A stretch of DNA of 64,000 bases from an uncultured Actinomycetes bacterium (GTDB lineage Bacteria > Actinomycetota > Thermoleophilia > Gaiellales > Gaiellaceae), in the NCBI GenBank assembly GCA_963779965.1, contig CAWAAP010000016.1, positions 2,313-66,312 on the forward strand. Reading direction: 5' to 3'. How positions within the stretch are numbered: position 1 is the stretch's first letter; each line of letters opens with the position of its first letter. Position numbers and translations under genes: made by a program. Positions 46,677-55,771 of this stretch are shown piece by piece. The notes beneath the pieces were generated by a model. It was not told the DNA's origin and made no database searches. It saw only the letters and a list, made by a program, of their open reading frames with translations.

Positions 46677-47243
46677 ATGGACGCGGCAGACTTGCGAGCA
46701 GTGGTGCTCGTCGAAGGGACCAGCGATAAGCTCGCGGTCGAGACGCTCGCGGAGCGCCGGCGTCGCAATCTGAAGGCCGAGGGCGTTTCCGTCGTGCCGA
46801 TCGGAGGCGCGCAGGCAATCGGACGCTTCATTACCGAGTACGGACCCCATGGCCAGGACCTCAAGCTGGCGGGTCTCTGCGACGCAGCAGAAGAGCGCAA
46901 CTTCCAGCACGGTCTCGAGCGAGCCGGCTTCGGCTCCGATCTCACACGCGCCGATCTCGAACGGTTGGGTTTCTATGTCTGCGTCGCCGACCTGGAGGAC
47001 GAGCTGATCCGTGCCCTCGGTGCCGCCTCAGTGGAACAGGTGGTTGAAGCGCACGGCGACCTTGGGCGCTTCCGGACGCTCCAGAAGCAGCCTGAGTGGC
47101 GAGGACGGACCACTGAGGAGCAGCTTCGGCGTTTCATGGGCAGCGGCGGTCGCCGCAAGATCCGATACGCCCAGTTGCTCGTCGATGCGCTCGATCTCAC
47201 CCAAGTGCCCCGGCCACTTGACCGGGTCCTTGCTCACATTTAG
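46677..47243 (+). CDS. stand-alone OLD-like TOPRIM domain protein (no ATPase domain)
   Basis: 188 aa. VVLVEGTSDK carries the Toprim Glu and VCVADLEDELI is an acidic DxD-like cluster. It starts 20 bp after the NTase gene. Confidence 0.7.
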   Translation: MDAADLRAVVLVEGTSDKLAVETLAERRRRNLKAEGVSVVPIGGAQAIGRFITEYGPHGQDLKLAGLCDAAEERNFQHGLERAGFGSDLTRADLERLGFYVCVADLEDELIRALGAASVEQVVEAHGDLGRFRTLQKQPEWRGRTTEEQLRRFMGSGGRRKIRYAQLLVDALDLTQVPRPLDRVLAHI

Positions 47244-47620
47244 GCGATCGCCGGCTGCTGGCGTCTGAAGGCTGACTCCACGATCAGGTCGAGGATCACC
47301 GCAACCAACGCGATGATGATCGCTGCCCAGATCGCTGTCCAGAAGAAATCGTCGATCGTCAGATGGCTCGAGATCGCGTCGATGACCTCGAGCATGGCCG
47401 CGTTGATGACGATCGAGAACAGCCCGAGCGTGATGATCATCAGTGGCAGCGTCAGCAACCGCAGCAGCGTCCCGAGAACGGCGTTGACGATCCCGAACAG
47501 CGCCGCGATCCAAAGGTAAGCCCAGAACCCGCCAGACACGTTCATCCCGGAGAGGAGCCAGCTCGTGATCGCAAACGCAAACGCCAGAACAACCCAGCGA
47601 ATGAGCAGTGTCAGCAGCAC
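47240..47620 (-). CDS. four-TM membrane protein, phage holin family IV / DUF360-like
   Basis: 126 aa with four hydrophobic helices and a family-like pattern (GFWAYLWIAALFGIVNAVLG...LGLFSIVINAAML). Convergent with the TOPRIM gene, overlapping it by 4 bp. Confidence 0.65.
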   Translation of the reverse strand: MLLTLLIRWVVLAFAFAITSWLLSGMNVSGGFWAYLWIAALFGIVNAVLGTLLRLLTLPLMIITLGLFSIVINAAMLEVIDAISSHLTIDDFFWTAIWAAIIIALVAVILDLIVESAFRRQQPAIA

Positions 47621-47678
47621 GGCAAGCGAGTATAGACCCAGCGATAGCCGAACCCGGTCGCTGATCAGCCTCTCTGCG

Positions 47679-48261
47679 TCAGCTACCGCCGAGGCTCTTG
47701 CAGGAGTCGGTGCTCTTGAACGCCGAGGCTAATGATCCTCCGGCGTCCTTCAAGGTGCTGATCGCCGCGTTGGTCTCGCTCGCGAGGCTTTGGACCTGAG
47801 GCGCGAGCGTCGCGACCGTCGCGCTGAGGGCGGCGGCCGACGGATTGGCCTGGACTTGTGTGAGAGCCGTGCTCGCGGCGTCGACCGTGTTGTTGATGTC
47901 GGTCGTGAGCTGATCGAGTTGCTGCTTGGCGGCTTGCCCCTGCGAGGAGTCTGGGGGCGGGACGGCCTTGATCTGCGTCACGAGCGTTTTGGTCGCGGCC
48001 TCGGCCTGCGTGATGCTCGCCTGGAAGGAGGCCTGCGAGACTCCGCCGATGAAGCTCGTGGCGATGCTCTTGATCTGCTGCTGCCAAGTGCCGATCGCGC
48101 TGCAGACGCTGTTCGCGTACGCCTCGTTGGCCTTCGTATCAGAACTGCCGCCGCAGCCGGCCGCCAGCCAGGACCAGAACTGCGAGGAGCGCCAGGATCG
48201 GTGCCGTGATGACCCATCTTCCGGCACGGCGACCGTAACGTCGACTTCGCGCACCAAGCAT
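47679..48261 (-). pseudogene. Ala/Gln/Thr-rich lipoprotein, frame disruption inside the signal peptide
   Basis: The ATG at 48261 gives MLGARSRRYGRRAGRWVITAPILALLA. The mature part (LAAGCGGSSDTKANE...) is in the frame of ORF 47679..48383. One extra base near 48165-48180 separates the two. Confidence 0.6.
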
Positions 48262-48401
48262 CGTGAAACCTCCTTCAACTCTCGACCGAATCGAACCCGA
48301 GCGCCGCTGGGAGCGTCGAGCTCTACACCGTACAGGGGTGGTCGCAGCACCGCGTCATCCGATCCGGACAAGGGCACTATCAAGTTCTTTACCTGACAGG
48401 G

Positions 48402-50054
<1,653 letters not shown>

Positions 50055-50223
50055 CGCCGACCGAGGACGCGCGAATGCGTCATCGGCGATGAGCTGACGG
50101 CTCGAGACGATCGAACCCGCGAAACGTTCCGCGTCACGCATGACGGTTATAGAATCCAGGCCCCCAGATCGCCGGCCCGAACCCTGCGATCCCAGCGTCC
50201 ACTCCACCCGAGGAGGTCACGCG

Positions 50224-51966
50224 ATGAGCAGCCGACTTCGACGTTCCCTTCTTCTCACGACCCTGCTGGCCCTCTTGCTCGCGGTATCCGGGACCGCGGC
50301 GCTGAGCGGCCCCGCGGCCAATCCGCCGAACACCAAGGTCTCCGGTATCGACGTCGACGCGACGACGATCCCGCAGCTCCAGGAGTTCATGAACTCGCAC
50401 CGGATGAACTCCGTCGAGCTGACGAACTTCTATCTCCGGCGCATCCGCCAGCTCAACCCGATGCTCAATGCGGTGATCACGGTCAGCCCGACGGCACTCG
50501 CCGATGCACGAGCGGCCGACGCGGCGCGACGCAACGGCGATCACCGTCCGCTGCTCGGGATTCCCATCATTGTCAAGGACAACATCGGCACCACCGGTAT
50601 GCCGACGACAGCCGGCTCCTGGGCGCTCGCCGGGAGCACGCCCAACGACGCGTTCATCGCGCAGAAGCTGGAGGCCGCCGGCGCGATCATCATCGGCAAG
50701 GCGAACCTGTCCGAGTGGGCCAACTTCCGGTCCGCCCCGTCGTCGAGCGGCTGGAGCGGCATCGGTGGCCAGACGAACATGCCGTACGTCCTCGATCGCA
50801 ACCCGTGCGGCTCGAGTTCCGGCTCCGGCGTCGTCGCGGCTGCCGATCTCGCGGTGGCGGCCGTCGGCACGGAGACGGACGGCTCGATCGTCTGCCCGTC
50901 CGGCGCCAACGGCGACGTCGGGATCAAGCCGACACTCGGGTTGTGGAGCCGCGCGGGCGTCGTCCCGATCAGCGCCGACCAGGACACGGCAGGGCCGATC
51001 GCCCGCAACGTGACCGACGCCGCGGTACTCCTCGGCGCAGCGACCGGCGTCGACCCGAACGACGCCGCGACCGCCGCGCAGGCCGGCCACGCCTTCACCG
51101 ACTACACCCAGTTCCTCAACGACAAGACCCTCCAAGGCGCTCGCATCGGCGTCTGGCGCGCCGGCACCTACGACCCGACGCTGGTCGGCCCGATCGTCGA
51201 GCCGATCCTCGCTAATACGATCGCCGCGCTCAAAGCTCAAGGTGCGACTGTGGTCGACCCGACCGACATCGACCTGTCGGCCGCGAATACCAACGAGCTC
51301 GGAGCGCTCCTGTGCGAGTTCAAGACCGACATCGCGACGTACCTTCACACCTACGTCCACGGTACGAACCCGGTGTCAGGCCAGGCATACCCGCAAACGC
51401 TCGCCGACCTGATCGCCTTCGATGCGGCCCATCCGAACCTCGAGGGGCCCTGGAACGACCTGATCTTCGAGCTTGCCGAGGGGACGAACGGCCGTGACGC
51501 CGATTGCGCTGCCCTCCGGCAGGCGACCACGCCGCCAACTCAGGCCGCAATCGACCAGCTCATGGCCGCGAACCAGCTCGACGCGATCATCGCGCTGACG
51601 AACGGTCCGGCGTGGCCGACGAACGACGATCCGAACGAGGGCGACCTCAACGGCCACTTCGAGTACTTCGTAGGCTCGTCGACGGCGGCCGCGGTGTCGG
51701 GCTACGCCGACATCACGGTGCCCGCCGGCTACGACGCGGGACTGCCGCTCGGGATCACCTTCATCGGCGGCCGCTGGGCGGAACCGAAGCTGCTCGGCCT
51801 CGCCTACGACTACGAGCAGGCGACGCACGTTCGTGTCCCGCCGCAGTTCATCCCGACGATCGGCGACGCGCTGTTCCCCGGTGTCCCAAACCCGCCGGCT
51901 CTGCTGCGAGCGCAGCGCCAACAGGCGACTCAGGCTCAGCGCGATCTCGTCGCGCGCCTGCGGTAG
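50224..51966 (+). CDS. secreted amidase (amidase signature family)
   Basis: ORF trimmed to the ATG at 50224 (signal peptide MSSRLRRSLLLTTLLALLLAVSG). IIVKDNI (Lys) and CGSSSGSGVVAAA (Ser-cisSer) signature. Confidence 0.9.
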   Translation: MSSRLRRSLLLTTLLALLLAVSGTAALSGPAANPPNTKVSGIDVDATTIPQLQEFMNSHRMNSVELTNFYLRRIRQLNPMLNAVITVSPTALADARAADAARRNGDHRPLLGIPIIVKDNIGTTGMPTTAGSWALAGSTPNDAFIAQKLEAAGAIIIGKANLSEWANFRSAPSSSGWSGIGGQTNMPYVLDRNPCGSSSGSGVVAAADLAVAAVGTETDGSIVCPSGANGDVGIKPTLGLWSRAGVVPISADQDTAGPIARNVTDAAVLLGAATGVDPNDAATAAQAGHAFTDYTQFLNDKTLQGARIGVWRAGTYDPTLVGPIVEPILANTIAALKAQGATVVDPTDIDLSAANTNELGALLCEFKTDIATYLHTYVHGTNPVSGQAYPQTLADLIAFDAAHPNLEGPWNDLIFELAEGTNGRDADCAALRQATTPPTQAAIDQLMAANQLDAIIALTNGPAWPTNDDPNEGDLNGHFEYFVGSSTAAAVSGYADITVPAGYDAGLPLGITFIGGRWAEPKLLGLAYDYEQATHVRVPPQFIPTIGDALFPGVPNPPALLRAQRQQATQAQRDLVARLR

Positions 51967-51985
51967 TGGCATAGCTCGGAGATGA

Positions 51986-52013
51986 CGAAGCCCGGCCATT
52001 CGGCCGGGCTTCG
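51986..52013 (+). terminator. intrinsic terminator-like hairpin after the amidase gene
   Basis: CGAAGCCCGGCC-ATTC-GGCCGGGCTTCG, a perfect 12-bp stem, followed by TGCTGTT. It lies 20 nt after the stop codon. Confidence 0.6.
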
Positions 52014-52284
52014 TGCTGTTGGCCGCTACTCCGCAGTGCCGGCGGGTACGAATCGCTGGACGCACCCTCTGTAAATCGACCCGCAAGATTAACCGCCGCG
52101 ACACCCACGATCGCGCGGACGCGAACCCACGCAGACATTTCGACGACAAGTCGCCGGCATCGCATGGTAAACGCGACGAAGCCAGGGCGAGGAGACGCGC
52201 GGCGCAGGCGGCGAACGCCGCCGCGGAGTGCGCAGGTAAGAGCCCGCCGCCCGAGCCCGGAACGGGCTCGCGCGACGGGCGCTA

Positions 52285-52310
52285 TGGAGGCGGCGGGAAT
52301 CGAACCCGCG
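52285..52310 (-). repeat. exact 26-bp duplicate of the ssrA 3' end (T arm + acceptor 3' strand + discriminator); att-like scar
   Basis: TGGAGGCGGCGGGAATCGAACCCGCG is identical at 52285..52310 and 54556..54581 in the same orientation. The flanking bases differ on both sides. Confidence 0.85.
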
Positions 52311-52431
52311 CAACGTTCCCGCCACGGAGCCGGGTCGACTCAGGTGCGAAGCTCGACGTTTGACCACCGATGAAGCTTCCACAAGCCGGGCACGCCCTTG
52401 AGCTCGTACCTGGCGCTGTCAGAGAACGCAG

Positions 52432-53673
52432 CTAGTAGATGTGCAGCTTGTCCAGGAGCGCGAGCGGGTCGTCGAGCGACTCGAACAAGTCCTTGTTGTG
52501 CTTGATCATCTTGCTGCGCATGTAGACGCGAAGCCACTGTTTGTAGATGTAGAGCTCATAGCGATCGAGCATCACTTGCAGCGGCAGGTCGCGTTGCGCG
52601 ATGAGCCCCGCGAGGAACATCGCACACTCGAAGCCAAGCGAAATTGACTGAAAGTACGGCGAGCCGATGGCCGAGTCGCCGGCGAGGAACACCGGGGAGG
52701 TGGCAAAAGGATGCTCGCTTGACGTCGCCGTGAGCCACTGCCGATTCGTCGCGTTGCGCGCGCGATACAGATCCAGTGGTATCCGGACGACCTCGAGGTC
52801 GCCGAGTATCTCCCCGTGTGTTTCCTCCTTGACCTTGTCGATGAACCTGTCCATCGACTCAGCGACGCCGGGAAAGTTGCTGCGAAGCCACTCACCGTCG
52901 ACGCGAGATGGCATCGCCTCGAACTCCGCGGCACTGATGTTGACGATGCCCGTGACGTGGCTGACGCTCCCGTCGAAGTGCGTGCGGTGCACCATCGGGA
53001 TGAACTTGTAGTGCGCGTTCTCGATGTTCTTGTAGTACTTGCAGGACTCGTTGCAGTCGTACGGCTGCCCGTAGAGGAACGTGATGACAAGGGCGTACTC
53101 GAGACGGACATGGACTGTGTTCGCGCCGTCCACGTCGTCGGCGCCAAGAACGAGCTGATCTCGGAGCAGGGATCTGCTGCCCGTGGAATCGATGAGGACA
53201 TCTCCGGGTTGGAGCATCGCGATCGCGTCCTTCGCCGTCACGACAGCCGCCATCCGCTCAACCCCGTCCGGCCCTCGCGCATCGATTAGATCGCTGAGGG
53301 ATTGCTCGATTGAGTTGAGTGGGCAGAATCCCAACGCCCAGCTCTTCAGGAGTGCAGACAGTTCCGAGGGGATGGACTGTCTGAACGCGAGGCCGCGCTC
53401 CAACTCCGATGGATCGAAGATCGCCTCGACACTGTCTCCGTCGATGGCATCGGCTCGGTAAGTCTCGACGGAATCAGCCATGAGGTACGGCGCGAGCTGC
53501 ACCATGCGCGTTCGGGTGTACTCCCGGCGCTTCTCATAGAGGCGCACAGAGACCCCATCCATCGACTGCAGCAACGCCGTGAGCAAAAGACCCACAGGTC
53601 CTGCGCCGACCACGTGCACCCGTCCTGTTGAGGGCAGACTTTCTAGAGTTGTCGAATCGGACGGCAAGTCCAT
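52432..53673 (-). CDS. FAD/NAD(P)-binding flavoprotein monooxygenase-like enzyme of unknown specificity
   Basis: 413 aa. VHVVGAGPVGLLLTALL...RLYEKR (dinucleotide fold), LIDSTGSRSLLR (DG-like motif), FLAGDSAIGSPYF (GD motif). Codons are visibly less GC-rich than in neighbouring genes. Confidence 0.75.
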   Translation of the reverse strand: MDLPSDSTTLESLPSTGRVHVVGAGPVGLLLTALLQSMDGVSVRLYEKRREYTRTRMVQLAPYLMADSVETYRADAIDGDSVEAIFDPSELERGLAFRQSIPSELSALLKSWALGFCPLNSIEQSLSDLIDARGPDGVERMAAVVTAKDAIAMLQPGDVLIDSTGSRSLLRDQLVLGADDVDGANTVHVRLEYALVITFLYGQPYDCNESCKYYKNIENAHYKFIPMVHRTHFDGSVSHVTGIVNISAAEFEAMPSRVDGEWLRSNFPGVAESMDRFIDKVKEETHGEILGDLEVVRIPLDLYRARNATNRQWLTATSSEHPFATSPVFLAGDSAIGSPYFQSISLGFECAMFLAGLIAQRDLPLQVMLDRYELYIYKQWLRVYMRSKMIKHNKDLFESLDDPLALLDKLHIY

Positions 53674-53767
53674 TCGCCTCCTCGCTGAACCGCCGTCGTC
53701 GGCCGTAGGCTCGTGGCCGGCTGGCTCCGCCAGCTGCGCGCGGGCTGGACTCGGTTCTGGTAGACGA

Positions 53768-54037
53768 CTACGTCTGGATGTAGGCCGTGATCGGCTGGAC
53801 GACGCCGTGGGATTCCATCGCGGCTACAACTTCCGGCGGTGGCGCGGCCAACATCGCTTGCATGGCGTCTACGTCAGCGACGTCGGCGGTGATCGCGACA
53901 TTCGTGCTTCCGTCCGCGGCGACGTAGTCGGCTACGTTGGTACCCGACCCGGACTCGATGGCGGCCGCGCGTTCCGATTTACCCGCCAGCCAGCGGTCGA
54001 TGTCCTGAACGGCGTGCGTGATGACGACCTTCGGCAT
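53768..54037 (-). CDS. small hypothetical protein (89 aa)
   Basis: ORF trimmed to the ATG at 54037 (MPKVVITHAVQDIDRWLAG...). Composition is compatible with a small alpha+beta protein. Confidence 0.5.
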   Translation of the reverse strand: MPKVVITHAVQDIDRWLAGKSERAAAIESGSGTNVADYVAADGSTNVAITADVADVDAMQAMLAAPPPEVVAAMESHGVVQPITAYIQT

Positions 54038-54145
54038 GTCGACTCCCTTCGTGCGGCTTGGAGGTGCGTGAGAAGTTGAGCGTACTACGGGCACGAAAAC
54101 GCAGCTTGATCCGGGAACGCGAACGGCGGGGCGGCGACCCGAGCG

Positions 54146-54520
54146 TTACTGCGGCCCTCCGGGGAATTCATCCCTCCGGGGAGCTTCAACGGGAGGCTCC
54201 CGCGGCTCGGCTTCGTGATGCTCAGCGATCACGGCCATGAGGTCGGCGAGATCGACCGGCGCGTCGCGATCGAAGTCCGGATCGACGAGCATTGCATGGA
54301 GGTGCTCTGCTAGGCGGCTCCAGTCCTCGTCGCGCTCCGCCATGCTCTCGACGACGCGCACGATCGGCTCGAATATCTGACCCTTCGTGAGCGTGCGACC
54401 TCGTGCCTCACGGAGATAGTCGCTGCCGGCCACTGCGGCGAGTCTAGATGACGCGCTCCCGTGCAACCCACCCGAACACGGCCGGTTTCCGACAGGCACA
54501 GGCGTCGCAGGATTCGACAA
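54146..54520 (-). CDS. hypothetical acidic protein (start uncertain)
   Basis: 124-aa ORF beginning 33 nt from the tmRNA 3' end. Only the C-terminal two thirds look coding. Confidence 0.35.
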   Translation of the reverse strand: MSNPATPVPVGNRPCSGGLHGSASSRLAAVAGSDYLREARGRTLTKGQIFEPIVRVVESMAERDEDWSRLAEHLHAMLVDPDFDRDAPVDLADLMAVIAEHHEAEPREPPVEAPRRDEFPGGPQ

Positions 54521-54553
54521 GCTTGAGACAGGCTCACAAGCTCGAAAGGCTTA

Positions 54554-54915
54554 GGTGGAGGCGGCGGGAATCGAACCCGCGTCCGCGGACGCACCGGACA
54601 GAACGTCTACAAGCGTAGTCCGCGCTTTAGCTTCGACCGCCGGCCGGAGGCGGACGCCCTACCGACGGTCTAGCCATCCTTAAGTGTCGCGCTTTGGGCG
54701 ATTGGCTCTCCCTCCGCGCCGAGCCCGTTAGTTGGCGCCGCTACCCGAACCACGGGCCGAATTCGGAGCGACGTCGCTACCTAACTAGGTTAGGCGGCGA
54801 GTGCGAGATTGTTCTTCGCACTTGCTTTGTTTGCCGGTGGATTTACGAGGCCAACCGGCGACCTCGGCTTGCAGCTCTGCCGGAGAACCGACCACGTCGA
54901 AACCAGGTCGCCCCC
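54554..54915 (-). ncRNA. ssrA: tmRNA (one-piece transfer-messenger RNA)
   Basis: 5' GGGGGCGACCTGGTTTCGACG pairs with 3' CGCCTCC-A-CC, including a G3:U pair. T arm GCGGGTTCGATTCCCGC. Tag reading frame GCAAACAAAGCAAGTGCGAAGAACAATCTCGCACTCGCCGCCTAA = ANKASAKNNLALAA*. Confidence 0.92.
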
Positions 54916-54931
54916 GTATGTTGCAGGCACT

Positions 54932-55771
54932 TTAGCGGCTAATTGCCTCCTGCAGGGCCCGCCGGACGAGCACCTTCGCGAGGTGGCGCCGATACTCGGC
55001 GCTGCCTTGCGTGTCGCTCGGCGGATCCGTGCCCTCGAGGGACGCCTCGGCGGCAGCGTCGATGTCGTCAGGCGTCTTCAGCGCCTGCTCCGCCGCCGTC
55101 GCGCGTACCGGCTTCGGGCCCATGTTGGTGAACACGATCGCCGAATGGTCCACCGACCCATTCGAGCGGCGGACAACTGCGGTCACGCCGACGGTCGCCC
55201 AGTCCTGCGCGCGGCGCGTGAACTTCAGGTACGACCAGCCGGCCGGGCCGACCTTCGGTACGCGGATCTCCGTCAGGACGTCCTGCGGCCCGAGCACGGT
55301 GTCGAAGACGCCCGTGACGAACTCCCCGACAGGCACGGTTCGCTCGCCGTCGGGCCCTCGGATCACAACCTCCGCGTCGAGAGCCGTCAGCACCGCCGGG
55401 AGGTCACCCGCCGGATCGGCATGCGCGAGCGAGCCGCCGATCGTGCCGCGGTGACGCACTTGCGGATCTCCGATCAGCCCGGCCGCATACGAGAGAACCG
55501 GAGCGTGCTCTTGCACGAGCGGGTCGTTCTGGACGTTGTGGTGCCGGGTCATCCCCCCGATCGCGAGCGTGTCGCCCGCGTCCCGCACATAGCGAAGGTC
55601 GTCGATGCGGCCGATGTCCACGAGCAGTGCAGGTCGCGTGAAGCGCAGCCGCAGCAAGGGAATCAACGAGTGGCCGCCGGCGAGGAGCTTGGCGTCCTCA
55701 CGTGAGCCGAGCAGCTCGACCGCGTGCTCGGCGGACTCGGCGACCTCGTAGTCGAACGGCGCCGGGATCAT
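54932..55771 (-). CDS. coxM: molybdenum hydroxylase FAD-binding medium subunit (CoxM/CutM-like)
   Basis: ORF trimmed to the ATG at 55771 (MIPAPFDYEVA), which overlaps the large-subunit stop. LLAGGHSLIPLL FAD-binding motif. Confidence 0.9.
   Translation of the reverse strand: MIPAPFDYEVAESAEHAVELLGSREDAKLLAGGHSLIPLLRLRFTRPALLVDIGRIDDLRYVRDAGDTLAIGGMTRHHNVQNDPLVQEHAPVLSYAAGLIGDPQVRHRGTIGGSLAHADPAGDLPAVLTALDAEVVIRGPDGERTVPVGEFVTGVFDTVLGPQDVLTEIRVPKVGPAGWSYLKFTRRAQDWATVGVTAVVRRSNGSVDHSAIVFTNMGPKPVRATAAEQALKTPDDIDAAAEASLEGTDPPSDTQGSAEYRRHLAKVLVRRALQEAISR

Noticed and set aside
52285-52380. Possible independent tRNA or second tmRNA gene at the duplicated T-arm/acceptor sequence.
   Set aside because: Only the 26-nt 3' segment is present. 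There is no complementary acceptor 5' strand, D arm or anticodon arm within 100 nt upstream, and similarity to ssrA ends immediately. It is a fragment, not a gene.
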